A stretch of 64,000 bases of DNA, from positions 32,001 to 96,000 of the forward strand of contig CAWCBP010000012.1 of NCBI GenBank assembly GCA_963793865.1. Direction: 5' to 3'. The notes beneath the pieces are model-generated. The model had not been told where the DNA came from and did not search any database. It saw only the letters and a program-made list of their open reading frames with translations. Made by a program: the position numbers and the translations under genes. Positions 15,126 to 24,956 of the stretch are shown piece after piece. Position 1 is the stretch's first letter. Every line of letters begins with the position of its first letter. Origin of the DNA: an uncultured delta proteobacterium. GTDB lineage: Bacteria; Desulfobacterota; WTBG01.

Positions 15126-16517
15126 TTACGCAGGTCCGTTTTCCCTCGACAGATTTATCTTCTTCATTTTTTCAACCAGCGTGGTCCTTTTCAGATTTAA
15201 CAGTTTAGCCGCCCTGTTTTTAACCCAGTTGGATTTTTTAAGAGCCCTGATGATCAGCTCTTTCTCAAACTCACTGACCGCCGTTGTTAAGGATATGCCT
15301 CCATCGGGAATTTCAGGTGGAGGAGCGGCACCACCGCTCGCGGTGCTTCCAAAGATCTTCTCAGGCAAATCTTCTCTTTCAATGATGCCCTCTTCCTTCA
15401 GGATAACCAGCCGTTCAATCAGGTTCTCCAATTCTCTCACATTGCCCGGCCAGTCGTACTGTGTAAAACAGTTCAAGGCCTCGGGAGAAATTCCTTTAAT
15501 GGCCCGCTTGGTTTCGGCATTAAACTTTTCTAGAAAATGGCGGGTGAGCAGCGGAATATCATATGTGCGCTCGCGCAAGGGGGGAATGACAAGCGGTATC
15601 ACGTTCAGCCGGTAGTAGAGGTCTTCCCTGAATGTGCCCTGTTTGACGGCCAGTTCCAGGTCTCTGTGCGTTGCGGCAATAACCCTGATATCAACCTTTA
15701 TTGATTTTATCCCGCCCACCCTCTCAAACTCATGCTCCTGCAATATCCTGAGTATTTTTACCTGCAGCGACGGACTCATGTCTCCGATTTCATCCAAAAA
15801 GATGGTGCCCCCGTGCGCCAGCTCAAACCTGCCTATTCTTGTTTTCAGGGCGCCGGTGAACGCCCCTTTTTCATAACCAAAAAGCTCGCTCTCCAAAAGA
15901 TCTTCCGGGATGGCGCCGCAGTTGACCGGAACCATGGGATGATCACGGCGATCACTATTGTAATGTATGGCCCTGGCCACCAGCTCCTTGCCGGTGCCGC
16001 TTTCACCGCAAATCAAAACGGTGCTGTTGGTTGAGGCGATTTTTTCAATCATCTGAAATAACTGCTGCATTTCGTCGCTGTCGCCGATCAGATTGGTGAA
16101 CCGGTATTTGGCCTTCAATTGACCCTGAAGAAACACATTCTCCGTTTTTAATTTTTGATATTCCAGCGCCCGGGCGATTACCAGTTTTATCTCGTCAATT
16201 TTTATCGGCTTGGTTATGTACTCAAAGGCCCCGAGCTTCATCGCTTTAACCGCGGTGTCCACCGTTCCAAATCCGGTGCAGATAATGACGATGGTCTCAT
16301 GATCAATCTTTTTAACCCCCTCCAGAACCTGCAGGCCGTCCGCTCCGGGCATCTTCAGGTCGGTAATGACAATGTTAAAACTGCTTTCCTGCATCATGTT
16401 CAGCGCTTCATCGCCATCCCCGGCCCCCTGCACCTCAAACCCCGCCTCAGACAGCAGATCAACCATGGTATCTCTAACCGATTTGTCGTCTTCAGCGACG
16501 AGGATTCTCTTCATCAT
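15126..16517 (-). CDS. Sigma54-dependent response regulator (REC-AAA+-HTH), FleQ/FlrA/FgrM-like
   Basis: REC domain with phospho-Asp (ITDLKMPG), GESGTGKE, GAFTGA, WPGNVREL; C-terminal KRTTLVEKMKK resembles the FleQ/FlrA HTH. Confidence 0.9.
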   Translation of the reverse strand: MMKRILVAEDDKSVRDTMVDLLSEAGFEVQGAGDGDEALNMMQESSFNIVITDLKMPGADGLQVLEGVKKIDHETIVIICTGFGTVDTAVKAMKLGAFEYITKPIKIDEIKLVIARALEYQKLKTENVFLQGQLKAKYRFTNLIGDSDEMQQLFQMIEKIASTNSTVLICGESGTGKELVARAIHYNSDRRDHPMVPVNCGAIPEDLLESELFGYEKGAFTGALKTRIGRFELAHGGTIFLDEIGDMSPSLQVKILRILQEHEFERVGGIKSIKVDIRVIAATHRDLELAVKQGTFREDLYYRLNVIPLVIPPLRERTYDIPLLTRHFLEKFNAETKRAIKGISPEALNCFTQYDWPGNVRELENLIERLVILKEEGIIEREDLPEKIFGSTASGGAAPPPEIPDGGISLTTAVSEFEKELIIRALKKSNWVKNRAAKLLNLKRTTLVEKMKKINLSRENGPA

Positions 16518-16594
16518 GGAAATTATTTCTCCTCATGTGGTTTATTAAATCTCAACTGATCACTATCTATTTAATGACGCTAAATTAAAAAATA

Positions 16595-16608
16595 GTCAAT
16601 AAAATGAC
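16595..16608. promoter_or_regulatory. FleQ-type enhancer box GTCAATAAAATGAC
   Basis: GTCA-N6-TGAC palindrome upstream of the FleQ-like gene; a similar box lies at 55629. Confidence 0.55.
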
Positions 16609-16768
16609 TCTATTATAGCAATAGATTTAATTGTGTCAAGTAAACAACGATTAAGACGAAATAATGACTATTTTATAACCATCAGGGACCTGTATTTTGG
16701 TGTTGAAAATAGAGCTGATTTGGGTTATAAAATGATTCAAACCGTTAATTAAGCAATTGTGTTATAAG

Positions 16769-17161
16769 ATGAAACAAATTGATCTGCTGTATAAAAAACT
16801 GATTGTTTCAGAGGAGGGAGATGACTCCAAGGTTACCATTGATGAGCATGTCAGGTCAAAACTCTACAAAATTATTCTTGAGGAATTAAAGAAGCTGAGA
16901 AAAAAACAGAAAAGAATCGATTATGCCGCTGACGAATATGAAGATCTTGATCGGGAAATGCGTCAGCTTTTGCTCAAAGAAATCCAGGTTATTATGGATG
17001 AGTATATTCTGGCAAAGGAAAACAGCAGCTTGAAAACCTGGAAGGAGATGTACGGAGACATAAGTCATTATATAAATAATTTTTATTACTACCGAATGGA
17101 CGAGCAGTACGAGTCCAAGAAAAAGCGCTTAAAGGATTACAAGTTTTTGGATGATGAATAA
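16769..17161 (+). CDS. Hypothetical protein (charged, helical)
   Basis: Open AT-rich ORF, co-oriented with the sirtuin gene. Confidence 0.7.
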   Translation: MKQIDLLYKKLIVSEEGDDSKVTIDEHVRSKLYKIILEELKKLRKKQKRIDYAADEYEDLDREMRQLLLKEIQVIMDEYILAKENSSLKTWKEMYGDISHYINNFYYYRMDEQYESKKKRLKDYKFLDDE

Positions 17162-17191
17162 CATGCATGCCACTTGCGGGGAGGAAAAACG

Positions 17192-17953
17192 GTGACAGAG
17201 GAGCTTATTTCCAGGGCGGCGCGGGATATTGTGAAGGCCAAAAAAGTGGTTGCCCTGACAGGGGCGGGCATGTCGGTTGAGAGCGATATTGCACCTTTCC
17301 GCGGCAAGGGGGGTATTTGGGAAAAATATGACCCGGTGGAATATGCCTACATTGATGTCTTAGTAAGAAATCCCGGAAAGACCTGGATTCTGCTGAGCGA
17401 GATGCAAAAAGAAATCCTCAAGGCAAAACCAAATCCCGGACACGCAAGCCTGGCCGAGCTGGAGCGATTGGGCTATTTGAGTTCAATCATCACTCAGAAC
17501 GTGGACGGGCTTCATCACGAGGCCGGCAATAAGAACATCATCGAATTTCACGGAAATCACCGGGACGCCTATTGCATGGATTGCCGCAAGAGAATCAAAG
17601 CCGAGGCGATTTCCCTGGACACCCTGCCCCCCCGCTGTGACTGCGGAGGCGTCATCAGGCCCGACGTTGTTTTCTTCGGTGAAGCAATACCCCATCAGGC
17701 CCTCACCCAATCCAACCAGGAGGCAAGAAGCTGCAACGTCATGCTGGTAATCGGAACTTCAGCAGAGGTGCAGCCCGCGGCCAGCCTGCCGGATATCGCC
17801 AAATCCCACGGGGCAACCATAATTGAAATCAATATCGAAGCAACCGCCTTCACCGGCTACACCAGCAGTTATTTCATCAAAGGCAAAGCGGGGGAAATCC
17901 TTCCTAAAATTGTTGCCCTGGTAAAGGGCAATTCTGCCAACCCTGCCGCTTAG
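17192..17953 (+). CDS. cobB: NAD-dependent protein deacylase (sirtuin)
   Basis: GAGMSVES, TQNVDGLH, HG, two CxxC-type Zn motifs, RPDVVFFGE, GTS. Confidence 0.93.
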   Translation: MTEELISRAARDIVKAKKVVALTGAGMSVESDIAPFRGKGGIWEKYDPVEYAYIDVLVRNPGKTWILLSEMQKEILKAKPNPGHASLAELERLGYLSSIITQNVDGLHHEAGNKNIIEFHGNHRDAYCMDCRKRIKAEAISLDTLPPRCDCGGVIRPDVVFFGEAIPHQALTQSNQEARSCNVMLVIGTSAEVQPAASLPDIAKSHGATIIEINIEATAFTGYTSSYFIKGKAGEILPKIVALVKGNSANPAA

Positions 17954-17999
17954 CGTTCCATGCCTGTTGTCGCATCGCTAACTACAGGAGACAAGTCTG

Positions 18000-18848
18000 G
18001 TGGCTTTTAATATCGGATGGTTCTCGACAGGCCGTGGTCCCGGCTCGCGCAATCTGCTGAAATCAATCGTGGACGCCATATCAGCCGGTGATATCGGGGC
18101 ACACATTTCCTATGTGTTTTGCAGCCGGGAGGAGGGCGAGGCGGAGGGAAGCGACCGGTATATCCGGATGGTCAGGGATTACGGTCTCAGCCTGGTCACG
18201 TTTTCCGCCCGGGCATTTAAACCTGACATGAGAAAGCAGGGAAAGCAGGACCCTGCCGTAATGCAGGAGTGGAGACTCGAGTACGACAGGGAAGTCATGG
18301 CGCGGCTGGCCGCCTTCTCTTCAGATATTGTTGTTCTTGCCGGCTACATGCTGATAGTCGGCGACGAGCTGTGCGAAAAGTACGATCTTATCAATCTGCA
18401 TCCGGCAGCGCCGAACGGACCTGCCGGCACCTGGCAGGAGGTAATCTGGAAGCTCATGGAAGAACGATCCCGGGAAAGCGGGGTAATGATGCACCTGGTA
18501 ACCAGGGAACTTGACAAAGGGCCCCGCCTCACCTACTGCACGTTTCCTCTCAGAGACGCTGCGATAAATCAGCTGTGGGATGATTTTGAACAGAAACTGA
18601 AGGGAAAAAAGAGCCTGGATGCGATCATCAGGGAAGAGGGGGAAGCCAATCCGCTTTTTCAGGAAATAAGAAAGAGGGGTGCCATACGGGAACTGCCGCT
18701 GATTGTCCAAACCTTAAAGACCCTTTCAGAGGGAATCATCTCCATAAAGGATAAACAGGTCATGGCTGGAAACAAGACATGTCATGAACCGTATTGCCTG
18801 ACTGAAGCCATAGAGGCCTCCATAAGGAATAATCGGCACCCGGTTTAG
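18000..18848 (+). CDS. purN: PurN-like phosphoribosylglycinamide formyltransferase (long variant)
   Basis: GWFSTGRG, VLAGYMLI, INLHPA, HLVTRELDKGP. Confidence 0.75.
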   Translation: MAFNIGWFSTGRGPGSRNLLKSIVDAISAGDIGAHISYVFCSREEGEAEGSDRYIRMVRDYGLSLVTFSARAFKPDMRKQGKQDPAVMQEWRLEYDREVMARLAAFSSDIVVLAGYMLIVGDELCEKYDLINLHPAAPNGPAGTWQEVIWKLMEERSRESGVMMHLVTRELDKGPRLTYCTFPLRDAAINQLWDDFEQKLKGKKSLDAIIREEGEANPLFQEIRKRGAIRELPLIVQTLKTLSEGIISIKDKQVMAGNKTCHEPYCLTEAIEASIRNNRHPV

Positions 18849-18952
18849 CGCGGGGCCCGTTGTACATCCCCACGTGATGGTCTGCAGGTAGTTTGCCTCC
18901 CGGAAAAACCTGCCAATGATGTGCCCTGTTATTCAAGAGGACGTAACCGCTC

Positions 18953-19177
18953 ATGATGAAGCCTTTTTACTGGTGGTTATGTTTCATGCTCCTGGCAATA
19001 CTGCTGGTTGCGTTCCTCATGTTCGGCATTTACCTGCTTATCATCTCCTTTAATTTGAAGGATCCCATGATTATGGTTACGCTTTTCTTTTCCTCCTCCC
19101 TGATGATCCTGGTAAGCCTCAGCCTGATGGCCGGACTTGTCGCCAGAGGGATGGCAAAGCTTAAAAAAGAAAAGTGA
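18953..19177 (+). CDS. Small membrane protein with two TM helices
   Basis: Two hydrophobic segments, basic C-terminus, RBS gagga. Confidence 0.65.
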   Translation: MMKPFYWWLCFMLLAILLVAFLMFGIYLLIISFNLKDPMIMVTLFFSSSLMILVSLSLMAGLVARGMAKLKKEK

Positions 19178-19302
19178 AATGCTTGGGTAATTACGCCGTG
19201 CGACAGGTGGCTGAACGGGACACGTACTACATTAATGGCCCGGCTTCATCTCCACCAAAAAAAGAATGAATAACCCCAGATAGCCGCTGTTTATCATAAC
19301 CA

Positions 19303-19358
19303 TTGACATTTATTAAAAGAATCGTTATAATTTGGCACTTAAATCGGGGGAGTGCTAA
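19303..19358 (+). promoter_or_regulatory. Consensus sigma70 promoter followed by a CIRCE (HrcA operator)
   Basis: TTGACA(19303)-17 bp-TATAAT(19326), then TTGGCACTT-N9-GAGTGCTAA (19332-19358) versus the consensus TTAGCACTC-N9-GAGTGCTAA. Confidence 0.85.
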
Positions 19359-19378
19359 ACACGAAGGAGGTATGTAGC

Positions 19379-19684
19379 GTGCCTATTTATGAATATAAAT
19401 GCGCGGGGTGCGGAAAACATTTTGAGCATATTCAGAAAATCACTGAAGAGCCGTTATCTGCGTGTCCCTTCTGCTCGGGCAAGGTTCAAAAGCTGGTTTC
19501 CAACTGTTCCTTTCACCTGAAAGGCACCGGCTGGTATGTAACTGATTACGGGAAAAAAGAGAGTGTCAACGGGAAAAAGAAGGAGAAGAAAAAGGAAAGC
19601 TCTTCAGAGGGAAGCCCGGACAGCGGCGCTGAAACAAGCGCCCCCAAAGAAGCTGTTTCTGAAAGCACCGTACATCAATCGTAA
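19379..19684 (+). CDS. FmdB-family zinc-ribbon protein
   Basis: GTG start after [18 protein letters not shown]...CPFC...[13 protein letters not shown] with low-complexity tail. Confidence 0.9.
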   Translation: MPIYEYKCAGCGKHFEHIQKITEEPLSACPFCSGKVQKLVSNCSFHLKGTGWYVTDYGKKESVNGKKKEKKKESSSEGSPDSGAETSAPKEAVSESTVHQS

Positions 19685-19707
19685 TTTATTTATCCCGGAG
19701 TAAGCCG

Positions 19708-20187
19708 CTACAGCTCATCTCCCAAGGTTTTGTTACAGGCGGGACAGATTTTACTTTCTGCCGGGAGTTCAACGCCGCAAAAAGGGCACGCAACGACATT
19801 TTCCGTATCCGCGATACTCACCCTTCCCGCCTCTAGATCATCCTCCAAGGCAGCTATCAGTTCCATGGCTCTTTGTTTGTCCTTTTCGGGAACCCGAACC
19901 TCACCCCACCCTTTCTGGGGAATGTAGATACCGTTGTAGGCGGTATCCCTGAAGTTCCGTATCATGACGGTAATGCCTTCTTTCTCCAGTTCCCGGGTTA
20001 TTAAATCGGCCTCGAATTTGTTGTTGAGCGTGAATATCTTCACCAGGGTTTTGGTATCGCGCTGGAACTGCTCATCCCGGGCCCTGCGCCGCTCGAATTC
20101 TCCCTGGCTGATAAGCCGCTCGTCACAATCCGAGCACACATCGATGGTGTCACGATACTCAGCGTTGCACACAGGACAGTATTTCAT
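19708..20187 (-). CDS. DUF2007-like protein with N- and C-terminal zinc ribbons
   Basis: MKYCPVC...CSDC, EADLITRELEKEGI, CPFC...CPAC. Confidence 0.75.
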   Translation of the reverse strand: MKYCPVCNAEYRDTIDVCSDCDERLISQGEFERRRARDEQFQRDTKTLVKIFTLNNKFEADLITRELEKEGITVMIRNFRDTAYNGIYIPQKGWGEVRVPEKDKQRAMELIAALEDDLEAGRVSIADTENVVACPFCGVELPAESKICPACNKTLGDEL

Positions 20188-20218
20188 GGCCAGGCCCCTC
20201 CATGCTGCTGCGTTTATC

Positions 20219-21553
20219 TCAATCAATATAATACTCAAGCCCCAGGTGCGTTATCTGCTCCTCGCCCATCAGGTAGCGCAGGGTATTCTTCAGCTTCATC
20301 AGCTGGATAAACAGATCGTGTTCCGGGTACAGCCCTTCAGCATGCATGGGGCTTTTAAAATAAAATGACAGCCACTCCTGGATCCCGCTCAAGCCGCTCC
20401 GTTTTGCAAAGTCGGTGAACAGCAGCAGGTCTAGCACAACGGGGGCGGCGAGAATGCTGTCCCGGCAGAGAAAGTTGATTTTTATCTGCATGGGATACCC
20501 CAGCCAGCCGAAAATATCGACGCAGTCCCACCCCTCTTTATTGTCTCCCCGCGGCGGGTAATAATTGATGGCGACTTTATGATAGAAATCTCCATAGAGG
20601 TCGGGGTACAAATCGGGCTGCAATATCTGCTTTAACACCGAAAGCTTGCTTTCTTCCTTGGTTTTGAAAGAACCCGCGTCGTCCAGCACCGCCCCGTCCC
20701 TGTTGCCGAGAATGTTGGTGGAGTACCACCCCTGAAGGCCCAGCAGCCTCGCTTTCAATCCCGGCGCCAGAATGGTTTTCATCAGGGTCTGGCCGGTCTT
20801 GAAATCCTTTCCGCTGATCGGTACTTCATGCTTCCTGGCAAGCTGGTTCATGGCGGGAACGTCCACCGTCAGGCTGGGCGACCCGTTGATGTAGGGTATG
20901 CCGCTGGTTATTGCCGCGTAGGCATAGATCATGCTTGGCGGTATCAAGGGGTCATTCTTTTTCAGACCCTTCTCGAATTTGGCGATGCTGCTGTGCACAT
21001 CCTGCGGTGCCAGGTAGGACTCCGTGCTCGCGCACCAGATCATGATGCACCGGTCAATATCGTTCTTTTTCTTGAAACTGCTTATGTCATCCTTCAATGC
21101 CTCGACCAGGTCCAGGTGCTTTTTCTGCCGCTTGATGTTGGTGCCGTCAAGATTCTTGACAAATTCCTTGCGAAACACGGCCGGGAGCGGCTTCAATTGC
21201 TGCAGGGGATATTTTACGCTTTCAATCAGGCTCCGCTCCAGAACCCCGGCCTTTATGGCCCCATCGTAGCAATTGTCCTCATACACATCCCAGCCGCAAA
21301 ACACCAAATCCCTGAGCGAGGCAAGATTGACAAAATCTTTAATCATGGGGACCCGGTTCTCGTCACGCTTGCCGAGCCTGATGGTACCCATCTGGGTTAA
21401 GGAGCCAAAAGGTTTGGCAAGACCCTGTTTTACCGCCTCAAGGCCTGCCATGAAGGTCGTGCTCACCGCCCCCCCGATTCCTGGAATGAGAACTCCGATT
21501 TTTCCCTTGGCTTTAGCTATGCTGTCCTTCTTTTTAATACTATTTTTTTTCAT
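20219..21553 (-). CDS. ino1: myo-inositol-1-phosphate synthase
   Basis: WCASTE, NGSP, GKDFKTGQT, NILGNRDG, GDNKE, CRDSILAAP. Confidence 0.93.
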   Translation of the reverse strand: MKKNSIKKKDSIAKAKGKIGVLIPGIGGAVSTTFMAGLEAVKQGLAKPFGSLTQMGTIRLGKRDENRVPMIKDFVNLASLRDLVFCGWDVYEDNCYDGAIKAGVLERSLIESVKYPLQQLKPLPAVFRKEFVKNLDGTNIKRQKKHLDLVEALKDDISSFKKKNDIDRCIMIWCASTESYLAPQDVHSSIAKFEKGLKKNDPLIPPSMIYAYAAITSGIPYINGSPSLTVDVPAMNQLARKHEVPISGKDFKTGQTLMKTILAPGLKARLLGLQGWYSTNILGNRDGAVLDDAGSFKTKEESKLSVLKQILQPDLYPDLYGDFYHKVAINYYPPRGDNKEGWDCVDIFGWLGYPMQIKINFLCRDSILAAPVVLDLLLFTDFAKRSGLSGIQEWLSFYFKSPMHAEGLYPEHDLFIQLMKLKNTLRYLMGEEQITHLGLEYYID

Positions 21554-21593
21554 TCCTTTTACTCCCTGATTTGAAATGGACCTTCACTGCGGA

Positions 21594-22055
21594 TTAGCTT
21601 CCTATCAGTGTTTTCATCTTTTTCCCGCCCATGCGCTCGGTCTCGATCCTGAATATCTTAAGGGCGGCGGGATTATCAATGGTTTTTTTGTACATGGCCA
21701 TCCGCTTGTCCAGATAGGTCGCCGGATCCAGCCCCATCTTTGCGATGTTCGCCTGTACCACCAGCTCTATTTCCTGGAGATCCCGCACCTGCACGATTCT
21801 GCCGTCAATCACAACCGACGACCATTCGCTGTGGTCATCATTCCAGCAAAAGACATTGAAGCATACCCGGTTATTCTTATTAATGATCTCCCATTTCCTG
21901 CCCATGGGGAAAAGCGACAGATAGACCATCTCCTTGAGATATACAAATCCGAAGGGGATGCAATAAGGAGTATCGCCGCTCGACAGGGCCATCACCCCGT
22001 CTCCGACGGTGTTGAGCAGGTTATCCATCTCCTCTTTGGTCATGTTTTTCATCAT
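21594..22055 (-). CDS. Pyridoxamine 5'-phosphate oxidase-like flavin-binding protein (NimA-like)
   Basis: PYCIPFGFVY, GRKWEII..NNRVCF, WSSVVIDG. Confidence 0.8.
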   Translation of the reverse strand: MMKNMTKEEMDNLLNTVGDGVMALSSGDTPYCIPFGFVYLKEMVYLSLFPMGRKWEIINKNNRVCFNVFCWNDDHSEWSSVVIDGRIVQVRDLQEIELVVQANIAKMGLDPATYLDKRMAMYKKTIDNPAALKIFRIETERMGGKKMKTLIGS

Positions 22056-22331
22056 ATGCAATCTCTTTGGAATCTGCACGCCGTTCAATGCATGCAATCA
22101 TAAATCATAAGTTAAGTGTCTTGTTATCTGCTGGCTTCTGACTCCTGACTTCTGAATGCTATGGGACTTTTATTATCCTTAAAAAGGGAATATAGTCAAG
22201 GAGGATTATGGATTGTTTCGCTCAATACTGTCAGTGTAAATTTGGAGGAAAATTCTTACAATGAATGAGTTTAATGGTGGTGTGAAAAGTGTGGATGCAA
22301 GCGCCGGGGAATGAGCATGGAGGGTCTGCTA

Positions 22332-22645
22332 GTGTAGTGCGTCATTGATTTCCTTACATAACTTTATTGAGTGACCGTGGATTGGTATGTGGCTCATAGG
22401 CAGGGGGCTTTTTAGCCACAACAAAATTATTCGGAACCTGTAGAACGGCAGCATCTCTCTAACTTTGTCCGACAGACCCGCATGGTAACAGCCGTATCGA
22501 AGTCTCCGCAAAGCTGCCTGTCTGCGGTTTAAGTTGTAAGGCACCGGGTCGTGCCGTAAGCCTAAAGACAAATTGTTGTGGCGTCAAAAGCCCCCTACCC
22601 ATGAGCCACTGAATCATACGTAAACAAGTGTTGGACGCACTACAC
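22332..22645. mobile_element. Non-autonomous MITE-like or structured element, copy 1
   Basis: Terminal inverted repeats GTGTAGTGCGTC / GACGCACTACAC, internal inverted arms 22389-22609, near-identical core at 58609-58827. Confidence 0.75.
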
Positions 22646-22698
22646 GAGCGTGGCCGATGCTTCGCGAATGGCATTATTGATGAGCGTGCTGCTTGAGT

Positions 22699-23289
22699 TT
22701 ATGTGCCTGCTCTCTTTTTCATAACCCTGTCCCGGATCGCCTTCCCGAGGTCCCTTGCCTGCTCACTATATTCGGGAAACTCCTTTATGGTCCGGGCACC
22801 AACCGAGGCTATCACCGATCCGGCCTGATCCAGCCCCGTCCACTCGGCAAAGCAGCCGAATGTTTCCAGGGCCTTCTCGCCGCCGTATGCTGCCTGCGAC
22901 ATCACAAAGCCGCACGCCTTGTCAATGAAAGGCCGCCAGCCGTGCCATTCCGTGCCCGTATCCTCCCCGATGCCGAGGTAACACCAGGCAATGCTCCTGT
23001 CTATCATGTTTTTCATCAGGCCTGATACATCGTAGTAATAGTTGGGGGAACCGAGCACAACCGCTTTTGATGAAAGAACTTTATCGAGCAGCACGCGCAT
23101 ATCATCATCCTTAGGGCACGCACCTTTGTTTTTCCTGCAGCTCAAACAGCCGGTGCAGAAACCGATGCTGAGGTCGGAAAGAAAGATCAGTTCACTCTGC
23201 ATCCCGGTGGACTGCAGCACCTCTTTCAGCAGCAAAGCTGTATTGCCCTTTTTCCTGGCGCTTCCGCATATGCCGATGATCTCAGGCAT
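22699..23289 (-). CDS. Iron-sulfur flavoprotein / NADPH-dependent FMN reductase family
   Basis: GSARKKGNT, CTGCLSC-x6-C, GSPNYY...MKNMIDR. Confidence 0.88.
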   Translation of the reverse strand: MPEIIGICGSARKKGNTALLLKEVLQSTGMQSELIFLSDLSIGFCTGCLSCRKNKGACPKDDDMRVLLDKVLSSKAVVLGSPNYYYDVSGLMKNMIDRSIAWCYLGIGEDTGTEWHGWRPFIDKACGFVMSQAAYGGEKALETFGCFAEWTGLDQAGSVIASVGARTIKEFPEYSEQARDLGKAIRDRVMKKRAGT

Positions 23290-23339
23290 TGTTTCTAAAC
23301 TCCTTACCAGGTTGACGGTTATAATTCAGCAATCTGATT

Positions 23340-23930
23340 TTAACGCCCATCATTTCTCCAGTCATGCTTTTTTGAGGAAAAATCAGGACAGTATTCCTTT
23401 AATATGATGTGGTCCGGAGTGATTTTTATTATATTAAGTGACTCGAAGCCCTTCTTGTAGAATTTTTCCAATGCTTCTCCCGTGAGATGTTGACCTTTCG
23501 TGAGGGGGGATAGAAGTTTTCCCATTACATAAGCTATGTTGTATTTTTTCGCTTTAGCACGGTATAGTTTTGGATTGTTGCGGATGTTGATTAATGACGC
23601 CTTCCCGAAAATCTGAAGGCTTGTTTGAAGTTTTGAGTGGTCGAGCGGCTGTTCGTATATGACCGCCGACACCCGGGGGTTCCTCTTTATATTTGCAATC
23701 TTGCCGCCGGGTTCCCCGAAAATGTAGAGCGTAAGGCCCTCGTTAAAAAATTCAAGTACGGTGGCGCGGGGCGTCTCTTTTGCGGATGTGGCAAGCACAA
23801 GGGCATTTTTATGTATCATCCCGCAACTCCCCTTTCCCGGCCTGGGGTCAGCCTGACCTGATGTCCTGTTCAGGAAATCAATGATTTTCCTTCTGACCGC
23901 CGCCTTGGAGCATCCCTTTGAGGTTGCCAT
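23340..23930 (-). CDS. Pyridoxamine 5'-phosphate oxidase family protein
   Basis: LVLATS...PRAT, GKIANIKRNPRVS, SLQIFGKA. Confidence 0.75.
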   Translation of the reverse strand: MATSKGCSKAAVRRKIIDFLNRTSGQADPRPGKGSCGMIHKNALVLATSAKETPRATVLEFFNEGLTLYIFGEPGGKIANIKRNPRVSAVIYEQPLDHSKLQTSLQIFGKASLINIRNNPKLYRAKAKKYNIAYVMGKLLSPLTKGQHLTGEALEKFYKKGFESLNIIKITPDHIILKEYCPDFSSKKHDWRNDGR

Positions 23931-24019
23931 GCCTTCGCTCCTTTCAATCAAACAGTTCCGTATTTTATCGTTACCCTTCAGGGCACCGTGAATTATGAGA
24001 AGGGTAATAATAGAAAGAG

Positions 24020-24092
24020 GTCATTCTGCGGCTTGACCGCAGAATCCAGTTGCTCTCATATGTTGGATCCTGCGATCAAGTCGCAGGATGGC
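24020..24092. repeat. RPE/REP-type palindromic element
   Basis: gtcattctgcggcttgaccgcagaatcca ... tggatcctgcgatcaagtcgcaggatggc: two hairpins that are also mutually inverted. Confidence 0.75.
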
Positions 24093-24231
24093 GTGCCATG
24101 ATGCATACCTTCCTTTACGATGTCATTTTCTCCCATAACCAAATTCAGGGACGACCGGTCGCCGCCGAAAACCTGCCCTGCAGCTGATAGACTTCTTTCA
24201 GGTTAAACGCTTTATCCTTACATCTTTGTGA

Positions 24232-24939
24232 CTAAAGCTGTGGGCTGTAGCTGTTGATGTAATCCGCGGTCGGCTTTATCTGATCGGCGATTTCCAGCAA
24301 TTTCCCGTAGGGGAACGTGTAGGTAAGCTCATCCCGGCCTAACCCGCCGAAGACCCTCCAGGCAGTATCGCTCACCGAAAAACAGGGATCGCCGGTCACA
24401 AACGAATAGCGGATATTGAAGATGCAGGATCCGCTTCCCCCGAACCCCCGGCTGTAATCGCCAAGGTAGGACCGGCAGCGGTTCAGGATGTCTGTCTGGT
24501 GGGGTGTAACAATGAGAAAGACCAGATCAGGATCATCAATCTTTGCAAGGGGACCTACGATGATTCCACTTCCGGTGTATTCGGGATATTTGAAAAAGTC
24601 ATCCACCTTGTCGTAATACGCTGCAACGGTATCGTCATCCCGGTGCATGCGATACATTTCGTTCTGGCTGATCATAAATTTGCGATAGGCATCCCGGGAG
24701 AGTTGTTTACAGGTTCCCGTTCCGGCAAGTGACATGAAGCAGCCGAGATTCTTTTTGGTCACATACCATGCCTTTCCTTCCTGCAGGATTTCCCCCAGCA
24801 GCGCACACATTCCCGGCATGGCCTGGCCTTCATAGGGCGGAATATCGGGGGGCGGTTCTTTCACCGCCTTGAGGGCAACGATTTCCTTTTTTACTTCGAG
24901 ATCTTCCTTGAGCGTCCGTATGAGTTCTTCCCTGGTCAT
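24232..24939 (-). CDS. DUF169-domain protein
   Basis: IVALK, C...GC, PLAKI.DPDLVFLIVTPHQ, conserved C; typical DUF169 pattern. Confidence 0.7.
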   Translation of the reverse strand: MTREELIRTLKEDLEVKKEIVALKAVKEPPPDIPPYEGQAMPGMCALLGEILQEGKAWYVTKKNLGCFMSLAGTGTCKQLSRDAYRKFMISQNEMYRMHRDDDTVAAYYDKVDDFFKYPEYTGSGIIVGPLAKIDDPDLVFLIVTPHQTDILNRCRSYLGDYSRGFGGSGSCIFNIRYSFVTGDPCFSVSDTAWRVFGGLGRDELTYTFPYGKLLEIADQIKPTADYINSYSPQL

Positions 24940-24956
24940 TTCATCCGTACCTCGCC

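Noticed and set aside
22208..22264. Tiny Cys-containing ORF MDCFAQYCQCKFGGKFLQ after AAGGAGG
   Set aside because: Only 18 codons, no homologue in the window; may be a decayed gene start.
22329..22674. ORFs 22329-22571, 22459-22674 and 58678-59001 with similar translations
   Set aside because: The similarity comes from the repeated non-coding element; starts and frames are not conserved between copies.
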